From NCBI GenBank assembly GCA_937969485.1, contig CALBVQ010000128.1:1-42690 (forward strand): DNA of 42,690 nucleotides, given 5' to 3'. Numbering within the stretch: position 1 is the first letter of the stretch; every line of letters begins with the position of its first letter. The notes beneath the pieces were generated by a model. The model saw nothing but the letters and a program-made list of their open reading frames with translations, made no database searches and was not told the origin of the DNA. Source of the DNA: an uncultured Saprospiraceae bacterium (lineage in GTDB: Bacteria; Bacteroidota; Bacteroidia; Chitinophagales; Saprospiraceae). Position numbers and translations under genes: made by a program. This document shows positions 28,601 to 37,152 of this stretch, piece after piece.

Positions 28601-29683
28601 GGGAGATCCCGATGTTAGCAGTAGACCCTTTCCTAGGCCTAAATTAGTATCATCGCCCATCGAGAAAGTACCGTATGCGCCGCTGTCACAAATCACCGTA
28701 TCAACTACCACGATAGCTGTTGATGTTGAAATTGCATCCTCGATCGTTTCGTTTTCTGCGCCAGTATCTACTGTAAGAGCATCTAATGTCTCACACTCTG
28801 TCACTGAGCAATTCCAGTTGGCTTCAAATCCTTCTGCAGTCGTACTCCCGTCAGAAATAAATTGTATGGTCAAACAAGAATCAGCTTGTACAGTAAGGCA
28901 AACTCCCCCACCTCCTTGCTGTCCTCCAAAACCACTGAAGTCAGTGATAACAGGAGAGTCGGTGTCTGGTCCATTGTAAAAAATAATATTATCGGAACCT
29001 GGTTCAATATTGTAATAAGCAAGTTCGAAAGTTAAACAATTGCTTAACTGTGCGGGACAGATTGTGAATACGTTGTCCTCATTGTCACTGTAGTTTTCAT
29101 CTGGACCCCCAGTGTCATATAAAGTTCCTGAACAAGCATTTGAGAATCCTTCGTCGATTGTGCTATTTACTTTTTCTTCAACACATATTGAAAAATCTCC
29201 TTCGTCTGCATTATCTCCAAAGTTGTCAACTCGAACATAGTAAATTTCTCCTGGTGTTAGGTTAGTAAGATCTAAGGATAACACCTGCTGATTTAAAGAA
29301 CCAACTACACAATCATTTAAGAACAAAAAATCTTCACCACAAAAACCTCTGTAGATAGCAAACTGCACGTTGTTCAAAGCGTCCATGTTTGGACCAGCGT
29401 CAGAACCCACGATTGTGACGGTGTAGTCAGTAATTGCAGCATCGGCTTGAAATTGAAACCAAACATCGTTGGACGGAGGATTACTTGCAAAACATCCTGG
29501 TTGGTTGTCATTTCCTATATCTGTTGGTGTCGCATTAATGTTTGTAAAAAAAACATCTTCATTACAAACAGGAGCAGTACCAAGGTCAATCACCCCTGAA
29601 CAGTCATCATTTGATGGTTGTGCATATGTAGTAGTAGAAAGTAGTAATAGAAAGAATAAACTAAATATATATTTCATCAGCAT
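25637..29683 (-). CDS. Multidomain T9SS type B cargo/adhesin: N-terminal Cys-rich domain, CUB-like, choice-of-anchor L, Calx-beta, several Ig-like modules, and a gliding-motility-associated C-terminal domain
   Basis: 1348-aa ORF with a signal peptide ending TYAQ. The choice-of-anchor L signature is GLLLTSGS...DDDLDVLS...LEFEYIFGSEEYPEFVNSNFNDIFALLISGPGI. The Calx-beta-like segment is DDITEGDETVTISM. The C-terminus AIPDAFSPGNNDGNNDFFRIV...FRVFNRWGQRVY...WDG matches the type B (CHU_C) sorting domain. Confidence 0.88.
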   Translation of the reverse strand: MLMKYIFSLFFLLLLSTTTYAQPSNDDCSGVIDLGTAPVCNEDVFFTNINATPTDIGNDNQPGCFASNPPSNDVWFQFQADAAITDYTVTIVGSDAGPNMDALNNVQFAIYRGFCGEDFLFLNDCVVGSLNQQVLSLDLTNLTPGEIYYVRVDNFGDNADEGDFSICVEEKVNSTIDEGFSNACSGTLYDTGGPDENYSDNEDNVFTICPAQLSNCLTFELAYYNIEPGSDNIIFYNGPDTDSPVITDFSGFGGQQGGGGVCLTVQADSCLTIQFISDGSTTAEGFEANWNCSVTECETLDALTVDTGAENETIEDAISTSTAIVVVDTVICDSGAYGTFSMGDDTNLGLGKGLLLTSGSPDNAIGPNNSGSAGTNNGASGDDDLDVLSELFGNNNSSQDACVVEVDVTVFADKLEFEYIFGSEEYPEFVNSNFNDIFALLISGPGIDGIVDLNNQENMAVIPGSTTPIQINSVNNLQNWEYYRDNNNGVSVEYDGLTSGFLGDKKSLTASAVVMPCSTYHLKFAIADRGDGSFDSGVFISEIRSGTPEIQTQFVSGLDYFVEKCLAASNDTVIIELDEALPEETSYTITIGGTATEPDDYIFDIPDTITFGVGQTILKFPIEVFNDDITEGDETVTISMFRNFGCGDILISELVIPIRENILVEIETEQDSLIACSDSPTQLMASGATSYLWSPFNAFDNPFISNPVVNAGFEGWVYVEGKIDPFTSPECIGMDSIYINLVEPMVSIKTDDLQICEGEEITFTAINNVNNSNLTWVILNNFQQVDDPNAQITTWTPTFGFVGSEFQVSVSVELGGCIASDTVIVQVDPYDALTPIFSDTMVCQGEQFPLNQFAFIYGTSFSIDPEDNVIDPEDPFTEVIADESIDYQVITSSPSMFCSDTLNYSIEVIPNEISINQGDSVRICLGETLDLTTLSNPTDAIITWVEADSINANGGSAEVNPAITTEYKVIADNGACMTADSITVYVDSLPNMEITAIPERNPYCKDEIITFTSPGYKDYQFPNIMHTWSPTTGFQDDSQNDYNVGLAAVESTTYIRTTVNGACTAMDTFEITVIDPSITLNIEEATICQGESVDFELASEFELENIEWSSGSGTFTCDDCESTTLNNVQNSTTVEVEVDADGCPTSAMAEVTVIRYSGNIITTPKLDCNFFGDILTLTANWNPELPEGTIVEWFLGDELLEEFTNQDSIVIMLPGDDGSGSSETFLYSWRVTDLMGCTSMVTTEICAESRFAIPDAFSPGNNDGNNDFFRIVDKGEGLSSVEILAFRVFNRWGQRVYNCETFECAVETGWDGTFNDVEQPGGTYMFYIEMRYPDGNTRKYEGDLLLLK

Positions 29684-29797
29684 TCAATAAGTTCTAGATA
29701 AGCAGATTGAGATTTTTATCATTCAAGACAACCTTGCTTGTGAAAAGTTTGTGCTACAATAATAAAGAAATTACTATAATAACTGTGAATATATGAC

Positions 29798-30184
29798 TCA
29801 ATTACAATCGTCTAATTTCTTTTTTACGTCTGCAAGACTATTGAACGCTTTATTTGTTGTGTATTTCCAGTCTAAGAAATTGACTAGGTTGACTATGTCA
29901 ATATCAGTTAAAATCTCGTTTGGAGGCATGGCTGCAGTGTATTTATTTCCGTTATACACTAAATTGTCATTCAAGCCATATCGAATCATACAAGGTAGCT
30001 GTAAAGAGTATTTTTCGTATAATTCATCAGTAATTGGAGGATAAAGTTTTCTTAGGCCTTCTCCTTCCTTCCCGTGGCAGTTACTGCAATGTTGTAGATA
30101 AATATTTTCACCCTTCTGATAAGGCGACTTACAAGAAAAATGGGTAACAAGTAAAAAAATAAGTACGACCTTAATTGACTTCAT
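29798..30184 (-). CDS. Class I c-type cytochrome, lipoprotein
   Basis: 128 aa. The haem site is CSNCHGKEG, the distal Met region is AAMPP, and the lipobox-like signal is LLVTHFSC. It overlaps the SCO gene by 14 nt. Confidence 0.85.
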   Translation of the reverse strand: MKSIKVVLIFLLVTHFSCKSPYQKGENIYLQHCSNCHGKEGEGLRKLYPPITDELYEKYSLQLPCMIRYGLNDNLVYNGNKYTAAMPPNEILTDIDIVNLVNFLDWKYTTNKAFNSLADVKKKLDDCN

Positions 30185-30782
30185 ATTCTTTCAATAACTT
30201 CTCGATGTCTTCCATGAATTTTTCCACTTCATTTTCATCTGTTCCTTCCGCATAGGCTCTCACCCTGCCTTTTTTATCAACTAGGATGATTTTTCCAGAG
30301 TGGTTGATTCCACCAGGAGCCTCCTCGTCCTCCACAACAATATTGAAATAGTCTGCTGCCATTCCGTGTAATTTCTTTTTTTCTCCTGTTAGTAAATTCC
30401 ATTTTGGAGATGATATTTCTAAGTTGTCTGCATACTGCTTAAGAGCTGCAACTGTGTCTTTTTTAGGATCAAGAGAAAAGGAAACTAACCTTATATCCTC
30501 ATTGTCTTGATATTTGTCATAAATTTTCAGCATGTTACTCATCACAGTTGGGCAGATAGTAGGACATGTTGTAAAAAAGAAATCAGCAATTTGAATCTGA
30601 TCTTGATAGTCATTCTGGTTAACTTGCTGGCTATCTTGATTCACAAACGAAAAATCACCAACTGTATGCGGAATTTCTTTTCCGTCTACAATTTCTGGTA
30701 CGCCTAGGAAAGGAAGCTTATCACTATCCTTGCAAGAAATACAGAGCGTCAAGAGAGAAAAAAGAAGGAATGTAAATCTCAT
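30171..30782 (-). CDS. SCO1/SenC-family copper chaperone / thiol-disulfide protein, lipoprotein
   Basis: 203 aa with the thioredoxin-like CxxxC motif FFFTTCPTICP and the conserved INHSGKIILVD. The signal with lipobox is LTLCISC. Confidence 0.88.
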   Translation of the reverse strand: MRFTFLLFSLLTLCISCKDSDKLPFLGVPEIVDGKEIPHTVGDFSFVNQDSQQVNQNDYQDQIQIADFFFTTCPTICPTVMSNMLKIYDKYQDNEDIRLVSFSLDPKKDTVAALKQYADNLEISSPKWNLLTGEKKKLHGMAADYFNIVVEDEEAPGGINHSGKIILVDKKGRVRAYAEGTDENEVEKFMEDIEKLLKEYEVN

Positions 30783-30820
30783 AATTTATTTAAATCTATG
30801 TTCATAGTAGAAACCAATTG

Positions 30821-30828
30821 CAAATGTA
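30821..30828 (-). promoter_or_regulatory. -7 promoter box TACATTTG (minus strand) upstream of the SCO/cytochrome c operon
   Basis: The plus strand reads CAAATGTA, whose reverse complement is TACATTTG. It lies 39 nt upstream of the SCO start at 30782. Confidence 0.35.
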
Positions 30829-30944
30829 ATTGTTTACGAATTAACTTCTTACGGGAAGAGCAAAATTCACCTTTTGTGGCTATTATTGCGCTTTGCAGAG
30901 GGAGATTGATTTGGCCTTTTTTTCAAAATGAAAGTTAGTTTAGA

Positions 30945-32375
30945 ATGAAAGATGAAACTTCAATAATGTGGTTCCGCCAGGACCTAAGATTACATGACAA
31001 TGAGGCTTTGTGGGAGGCTAGTCGGACCGCTGACAAGATTATTCCAGTTTACGTTTTTGATGAACGTGTTTTTAATGGAACTACTAGTTTTGGATTCAAG
31101 AAGACTGATGTGTACAGAGCGCAATTCATCATAGAGTCTGTGCAAAATCTGAGGAATTCGCTAAAGAAAAAAAATATTGATCTAGTTGTAAGAGTTGGTC
31201 TTCCAGAGGATATTGTCTCAAATATTGCACAGGAATATGGGGCTTCATGGGTGTATTGTAATAGAGAACGTACTCAAGAGGAAGTTGATGTGCAAAATGC
31301 ACTTGAGCAGAATTTATGGCACCACGGTATTGAGCTCAGATATTCAAGAGGAAAGATGCTTTATTACACAGCAGATTTGCCTTTTCCTATTTCTCATACT
31401 CCTGATGTATTTACTAATTTTAGAAAAGAAGTAGAACGATTCATATCAGTGAGAGAGCCATTGGCAAGTGAAAGTCTGCAGCTAAATCCCTTGCCAGATT
31501 CTGTTGACGCGGGAGAGATTCCTACTATTGAAGATTTTGGTTTGGGTTTCCCCAAAGGGGTGGATGGATTACCTTTCAAGGGAGGAGAAACTGAAGCGCT
31601 CGCTAGGTTGAGGTATTATTTATGGGAGACAGATCATGTTTCTAACTACAAGGAAACTAGGAATGGATTAATAGGAAAGGACTACAGTACTAGGTTTTCA
31701 GCATACTTAAGTCAAGGTTGTCTTTCACCGAAGAAGGTACATTCCGAGCTGAAAGCCTATGAAGAAGAAAGGGTAGCGAATGATTCTACCTATTGGGTGG
31801 TGTTCGAATTGTTATGGAGAGACTTTTTTAGGCTGATGGGAAAAAAGCATGGTAATGACATCTTCAAGTCTCAAGGAACCAAGCGCAAGAGTAATTCAAT
31901 AGGAGAAATTGATTGGGACAAGTTTAATGCTTGGAAAGAAGGTGAAACGGGAGTGCCTTTCGTCGATGCCAACATGAAAGAACTTAATGCAACTGGCTTT
32001 ATGTCAAATAGAGGACGACAGAACGTTGCTAGTTTTCTAGTAAATGATCTCAATGTCAATTGGATCATGGGAGCGGAGTATTTCGAAAGCCTGCTAATTG
32101 ATTATGACCCTTGCAGTAACTATGGAAACTGGAACTATATAGCTGGAGTAGGCAGTGATCCTCGAAACGATAGATACTTTAATATCTACTCACAAGCTAA
32201 GAGATATGATCCTACAGGGGAATACGTAAAAAAATGGATACCAACGTTAACAGCCTTGCCAGAAAATCATGTGCATTTACCTGATCAATTGAATGAAGAT
32301 CAATTGAATGAAGCCGGGTTTACAATAGGTGTTGAATATCCTAAAGCAATCATAGATACTTCCAAATGGACTTAA
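30945..32375 (+). CDS. Cryptochrome DASH (photolyase/cryptochrome family)
   Basis: 476 aa. The N-terminus is MWFRQDLRLHDNEAL. The FAD-binding region is TGFMSNRGRQNVASFLVNDLNVNWIMGAEYFESLLIDYDPCSNYGNWNYIAGVG, which is DASH-type. Confidence 0.9.
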   Translation: MKDETSIMWFRQDLRLHDNEALWEASRTADKIIPVYVFDERVFNGTTSFGFKKTDVYRAQFIIESVQNLRNSLKKKNIDLVVRVGLPEDIVSNIAQEYGASWVYCNRERTQEEVDVQNALEQNLWHHGIELRYSRGKMLYYTADLPFPISHTPDVFTNFRKEVERFISVREPLASESLQLNPLPDSVDAGEIPTIEDFGLGFPKGVDGLPFKGGETEALARLRYYLWETDHVSNYKETRNGLIGKDYSTRFSAYLSQGCLSPKKVHSELKAYEEERVANDSTYWVVFELLWRDFFRLMGKKHGNDIFKSQGTKRKSNSIGEIDWDKFNAWKEGETGVPFVDANMKELNATGFMSNRGRQNVASFLVNDLNVNWIMGAEYFESLLIDYDPCSNYGNWNYIAGVGSDPRNDRYFNIYSQAKRYDPTGEYVKKWIPTLTALPENHVHLPDQLNEDQLNEAGFTIGVEYPKAIIDTSKWT

Positions 32376-33740
32376 CTAATCATTGATGAATATGCGTAAA
32401 GGAGCTATATTAACGCGTTCTTCAAGGAAACTTATCAACCGCTCTTTGTCTTCTTTGCTCATCTTTTTGTTCTCTTTCAAGTCAATGAGTACAGTATGGA
32501 CTGTATTAAATTTTTCGCTGTCTTGAAGATTCATCCTACCAAACGATACCTTATCGACTTCATCATACAGCGTTGAAATTTCGTTCTTGAGTTGGACTGT
32601 CAAGGTTGAATCTTGTTCTTTCGTTTGTAGCAAGGATAATTTCTCTACTTGCGCTTGCTGTTCAGTTTCTGCAAAGAATCGAATTTCCTGAATTTTCTCT
32701 TCTAGTGTTTTAATCTTATTTAAGTCTACCTCGCTAGATTTGATGATCTGAACATTCCATCCTGGAAGGCCTTTCTTTTCAAGCCTATCAATGTACTCCA
32801 TTTCATTGTCCGGGCTAATCGCATCGCCATACACCTTAAGTACTAAGGTGGAAATAGTGTCAGATTCTAAAACAGTATACCCGTCAAGATATATCTTATT
32901 ATCACCAAAATCATTTTCGATAAAATCCTTAATTGTTCTTTGAGTATTAATTTGCTGAAGTACATTACTAAGGAGGAAGAAGCTAGGAATGATGATCAAA
33001 AGGCCGAAAAGTACTACAATCAGTCTATTTCGATATCTTTCTTTCTTGTTCAAGTATTGTCGATATGGAAAACGCAAAAACCGAACAATGACGTAAGTAG
33101 AAATACAAATAAAACTTGTATTCAAGATGAACAAGTAGAAGGCATTAAGTGCGAAATTGAAGTCCCCTTTTGCTAGTCCATAACCAGCAACACAAAGAGG
33201 TGGCATTAATGCTGTAGCAATGGCAACTCCAGGTAGCGTAGTTGAAATATCCTTTCTAGCAATTGAGATAATTCCAGCTAGACCTCCAAAGATTGCAACA
33301 AGGACATCTAGTGTATTTGGTGCAGTTCTTGCAGCAATTGCTGGAGTAATGTCTCCAAATGGAGTCAGGGCAAAGTAGATCCAGCTCGTTGCAATAGCTA
33401 TGATAATCGCCACACTGAAATGCACAAAGGCCTTTTTCAAAACCTCTTTATCATTTATCCCTATCCCTAAACCGATACCCAGTATGGGTGACATCAGAGG
33501 AGAAATTAGCATGGCTCCAATAATTACCGCATCAGAATTTTGATCTAAACCAATAGAGGCGATTATAATGGAACACATTAGCATCCAGGCATTAGCTCCA
33601 GACATTGACTTTTTGGCTTTTATCTCTTCGATTACTGCCTTCTTATCGACTCCTTTCTTCAGGTCAATGATGTCTAGTATGAAATTTTGGACGTAAGTCC
33701 AATCGTAAACTCTGTCAGTCTTAACTTTTTCTTGCTCCAT
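32376..33740 (-). CDS. DUF389 (TIGR00341) family membrane protein with a C-terminal coiled-coil/soluble extension
   Basis: 454 aa with the signature VIIGAMLISPLMSPILGIGLGIG and a second half-repeat LPGVAIATALMPPLCVAGYGLA. Confidence 0.8.
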   Translation of the reverse strand: MEQEKVKTDRVYDWTYVQNFILDIIDLKKGVDKKAVIEEIKAKKSMSGANAWMLMCSIIIASIGLDQNSDAVIIGAMLISPLMSPILGIGLGIGINDKEVLKKAFVHFSVAIIIAIATSWIYFALTPFGDITPAIAARTAPNTLDVLVAIFGGLAGIISIARKDISTTLPGVAIATALMPPLCVAGYGLAKGDFNFALNAFYLFILNTSFICISTYVIVRFLRFPYRQYLNKKERYRNRLIVVLFGLLIIIPSFFLLSNVLQQINTQRTIKDFIENDFGDNKIYLDGYTVLESDTISTLVLKVYGDAISPDNEMEYIDRLEKKGLPGWNVQIIKSSEVDLNKIKTLEEKIQEIRFFAETEQQAQVEKLSLLQTKEQDSTLTVQLKNEISTLYDEVDKVSFGRMNLQDSEKFNTVHTVLIDLKENKKMSKEDKERLISFLEERVNIAPLRIFIND

Positions 33741-33742
33741 TC

Positions 33743-34408
33743 TTAATCTATAATTAGCCCATCTTGCATCGTAAGAAGACGATCACTTAGCTTGCCAATC
33801 TCATTATTATGAGTTACAATTACAAAACTTTGCGAGTAATCATCGCGTAATTTCTGAAATAGCTGGTGCAGTTCTTCTGAGTTTTCTTGATCCAAGTTAC
33901 CTGAGGGTTCGTCGGCAAAAACAATAAGGGGGTCATTGATCAATGCTCTGGCCACTGCAACACGCTGTTGTTCCCCTCCGGAAAGCTGACCAGGTTTGTG
34001 TCCGATTCGATCTGAAAGGCCAAGGTAATCGAGTAGCTCTTTTGCTTTTTCAGTAAAATAGCCAATGTTATTTCCGGCAATGTATGCTGGTATGAGAACA
34101 TTTTCCAATGCAGTAAACTCGTTAAGCAAATGATGAAATTGAAAAATAAAACCAATTTTCTGATTTCGAAATTTTGCAATTTTGTGTTTGCTTAGCTGGT
34201 CAATGTCTTGGTTTTCAATATGAAGAGTTCCATCATCTTTGCCATCAAGTGTACCTAGAATCTGCAGTAAGGTAGATTTACCTGATCCTGACTTGCCCAT
34301 GATTGAAACAATTTCCTTTTCATAGATGTCTATATCAATACCCTTTAACACTTGAAGTGAACCAAAGGATTTGCGAATGTTTCGTGCAGATAATAATATG
34401 TTGTCCAA
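33743..34408 (-). CDS. LolD-like ABC transporter ATP-binding protein
   Basis: Walker A GKSGSGKST, signature LSGGEQQRVAVARAL and Walker B LIVFADEPSGNLD. The apparent start is a TTG, and no in-frame ATG lies upstream of the Walker A motif. Confidence 0.88.
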   Translation of the reverse strand: MDNILLSARNIRKSFGSLQVLKGIDIDIYEKEIVSIMGKSGSGKSTLLQILGTLDGKDDGTLHIENQDIDQLSKHKIAKFRNQKIGFIFQFHHLLNEFTALENVLIPAYIAGNNIGYFTEKAKELLDYLGLSDRIGHKPGQLSGGEQQRVAVARALINDPLIVFADEPSGNLDQENSEELHQLFQKLRDDYSQSFVIVTHNNEIGKLSDRLLTMQDGLIID

Positions 34409-34669
34409 AAATATAGTCTCTTTGCTGTTTTTAAATATATTGACAGTCAGTTAATTATATTCTCAAAAAAGATTTATATAATTTTTTTTTAGAAATAATT
34501 AACACTTTTGAAAATAAATGCGTTTCTATTGAAGTTAATTGATTGTCGAGATCAAAGGTAATTAAAAGAAATTATCTGTATGAACGAGTTTATGTAGTAA
34601 TGTACGTTAAATTTGCGTTAGCTGGTAGACTATTGTTAGTTTTTTGTTTTTGACAAATCATTATTTCTG

Positions 34670-34677
34670 TACCTTTA
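34670..34677 (+). promoter_or_regulatory. Near-consensus -7 box TACCTTTA, with TTGACA at 34650-34655, upstream of the GT4 gene
   Basis: TTG...17 nt...TAccTTTA, 30 nt upstream of the ATG at 34707. Confidence 0.35.
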
Positions 34678-34706
34678 CAGCCCTTAAAACAGATTTCTTA
34701 TCTTTT

Positions 34707-35936
34707 ATGAAGATACTCCAACTGTGTAAAAAATTTCCGTATCCCCTCAAGGATGGTGAATCGATTGCGGTCACCTATCTCTCTAAGGCTCTGCATGAGT
34801 TAGGTTGTGAGATGACTTTGTTGTGTATGAATACAACTAAGCACTACACAGATGTAAACACACTTCCTGTAGATTTTAATCACTACAAAGAAATCCATGT
34901 TAGTAACCTTGATAATTCAATCAAGCCGATTGCTGCGTTTAAGAACTTGTTTTCTAAGGATTCTTACCATATTTCAAGGTTCGTTTCGCAAGACTTCAAA
35001 AGAAAATTGATCAAGTTACTGACTGAAAATACCTTCGATATAATTCAATTAGAAACGCTTTATCTAGCTCCTTATGTAGAGACAATCAGAAAGCACAGTG
35101 ATGCCCTGATCACTATGAGAGCGCATAATGTAGAGCATGAAATATGGGAGAGAATCAAGAATAATACTCGTTTGCTGCCTAAGAAATGGTACATTTCTTA
35201 CCTTACTAAGAAGCTGAAAAGATTCGAGATTGAGCGACTGAATGACTATGATTACCTTATTGCAGTTACAGATAAAGATCTTAAAAAATTCAAGAATTTA
35301 GGATACAAGAATGGAGCGATTGCGTCACCAATAGGTATTGACATAGCACAGTACAAAGGAGTGAAAGTAAAGCAAAATTCTATTTCCATGTGTTTTATCG
35401 GCTCCCTTGATTGGATGCCAAATTTAGAAGGAGTAAATTGGTTTTTGCAGAATGTATGGGAGGAAGCAAAATCTAGAAATGAAGGCATTGAGTTACACAT
35501 AGCAGGTAGAAATACTCCAAATTCAATAAGAAACTTGAAGGACAATAGTCTTAAGATTCACGGAGAGGTACCCTCTGCTATCAACTTTATTCAATCTCAT
35601 CCTATTATGCTTGTTCCACTTTTCAGTGGTAGCGGTATGAGAGTTAAAATATTGGAAGGACTAGCACTTGGTAGAATAGTAATCACCACATCTTTGGGCT
35701 TGGAAGGGATAGATGCTAAACACCAACAAGAAGTTTTGATTGCTGATACTCCACAAGAGTTTTTAGAATGTATAGCGTTTTGTCAGCAGTATCCTACGAA
35801 AGTCAGGGAGATTTCGGAAAGAGCAATGACCTTTGTAAAAAAATACTATAACAATCACACTAATGCTCACGATTTGAAGTCACTATATTCGGACTTACTT
35901 AATAAGTACAAGCATCCAGTTACATCCAATAAATAG
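34707..35936 (+). CDS. Glycosyltransferase family 4 (GT-B, Glycos_transf_1)
   Basis: I place the start at MKILQLCKKFPYPLKDGES. The C-terminal GT1 core reads PLFSGSGMRVKILEGLALGRIVITT. The ORF-track start at 34644 would include the putative promoter. Confidence 0.82.
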   Translation: MKILQLCKKFPYPLKDGESIAVTYLSKALHELGCEMTLLCMNTTKHYTDVNTLPVDFNHYKEIHVSNLDNSIKPIAAFKNLFSKDSYHISRFVSQDFKRKLIKLLTENTFDIIQLETLYLAPYVETIRKHSDALITMRAHNVEHEIWERIKNNTRLLPKKWYISYLTKKLKRFEIERLNDYDYLIAVTDKDLKKFKNLGYKNGAIASPIGIDIAQYKGVKVKQNSISMCFIGSLDWMPNLEGVNWFLQNVWEEAKSRNEGIELHIAGRNTPNSIRNLKDNSLKIHGEVPSAINFIQSHPIMLVPLFSGSGMRVKILEGLALGRIVITTSLGLEGIDAKHQQEVLIADTPQEFLECIAFCQQYPTKVREISERAMTFVKKYYNNHTNAHDLKSLYSDLLNKYKHPVTSNK

Positions 35937-35969
35937 CTCCTTTTTCACAGAATAATGTAGCTTTACGCC

Positions 35970-37148
35970 ATGAGCGAAATGCCTACTTTAGTAGTTCTAA
36001 GTCCAAGATTTCCATATCCCATCGAGAAGGGAGATAAACTTCGATTGTTTCATCAATTGCAAGCCCTCAAGTCTGACTTTAGAATTCATCTTATCTCACT
36101 TTCAGACATTAAAATAGAGGATAAGCACTTAGAGGTTATCGACGAGATAGTTTATGATAATAGGATACTACTTCAATCTTCACATCGAAAAGTGAAGGCA
36201 GCAATTATGTCGACTTTTGGGCGTAAAGCCCTACAAGTAAATTACTACTCAGAAAAGAAATTATATAACAAAATTCATCAATTGCTAGGGGAGATTAACC
36301 CTGATCTAATCTATGTGCAGCTGGTACGTTGTGCGCATATGGTGATGCATTGGGACGGCCCAAAAGCCATTGATTACATGGATGCGATGTCTCTGAACAT
36401 GAAGAGAGAGGCTAAATCACAAGGGCTTTTAAAAAGTTGGATTTTTAGTCTAGAGGCTCAAAGAATACAAAAGGCTGAAGTGGAATATCAGAGCTATTTC
36501 GACAAGAAATTCATAATTTCCAGACCAGATCAAAGCTATCTCGAAGGAAATGGTGTCAGGGGATTGAAGGTGATCAGTAACGGTGTAGACACTTCTTTTT
36601 TTGATCCTGCAACTTTTAAGGTTGAAGTTAAGTACGATTTGTGCTTTGTAGGAAATATGGGGTATTTACCCAATGTACTTGCGGCAGAATTTTTAGTAAA
36701 CGAAATAGTAGCGGATAGCAGGCGGGAATGGTCTGTTTTAATTGCAGGTGCCAGGCCGCATCAGCGCGTTAAACGATTAAGCAAATCACATGTTACTGTT
36801 ACAGGGTGGGTAGACGATATAAGAACATCCTATGTATCAGCAAAGCTGATAGTTGCACCGATATTTTCAGGAGCAGGTCAACAGAATAAGATTTTGGAAG
36901 CTATGGCATTAGGAAGAGTATGTATAACCACTAGTCAGGTAAATGAGGCAATAGGTGCAGCAGATGGACGCGAGATAGTAATCGCATCGAGTAGGGAGGA
37001 GTTTCGAGAAAAGATCGATGAATTATTGAATAATAACGAAATGTGTGAGAGAATTGGGAAAAATGCTCGTAATTTTGTGGTCGAAAATTTCCAATGGGAA
37101 AGTACTGGAGAGTTGTTAAAAAATGAATTAATAGAATTGATAAAATAA
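35970..37148 (+). CDS. Glycosyltransferase family 4 (TIGR03087-like sugar transferase)
   Basis: 392 aa. The N-terminus VVLSPRFPYPIEKGDKLR and the core APIFSGAGQQNKILEAMALGRVCITT both fit the family. Confidence 0.8.
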   Translation: MSEMPTLVVLSPRFPYPIEKGDKLRLFHQLQALKSDFRIHLISLSDIKIEDKHLEVIDEIVYDNRILLQSSHRKVKAAIMSTFGRKALQVNYYSEKKLYNKIHQLLGEINPDLIYVQLVRCAHMVMHWDGPKAIDYMDAMSLNMKREAKSQGLLKSWIFSLEAQRIQKAEVEYQSYFDKKFIISRPDQSYLEGNGVRGLKVISNGVDTSFFDPATFKVEVKYDLCFVGNMGYLPNVLAAEFLVNEIVADSRREWSVLIAGARPHQRVKRLSKSHVTVTGWVDDIRTSYVSAKLIVAPIFSGAGQQNKILEAMALGRVCITTSQVNEAIGAADGREIVIASSREEFREKIDELLNNNEMCERIGKNARNFVVENFQWESTGELLKNELIELIK

Positions 37149-37152
37149 GGAT

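Noticed and set aside
28380-28979. A 199-aa plus-strand ORF, with neighbours at 26634..26975 and 27582..27842, inside the 1348-aa gene
   Set aside because: These are antisense to a confidently assigned multidomain CDS. Their composition is low-complexity and S/P-rich, typical of shadow ORFs.
29793-30044. An 83-aa plus-strand ORF overlapping the cytochrome c gene. Similar short antisense ORFs include 1663..2534, 4832..5101, 7099..8200, 8964..9167, 9743..9964, 10575..10817, 14095..14319, 15188..15385, 16747..16953, 30507..30707, 31195..32068, 32940..33176, 33940..34179, 35252..35545, 36935..37403, 37699..38210, 39717..41154 and 41931..42182.
   Set aside because: All are nested in or antisense to longer ORFs with clear family signatures. 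None has a recognisable motif.
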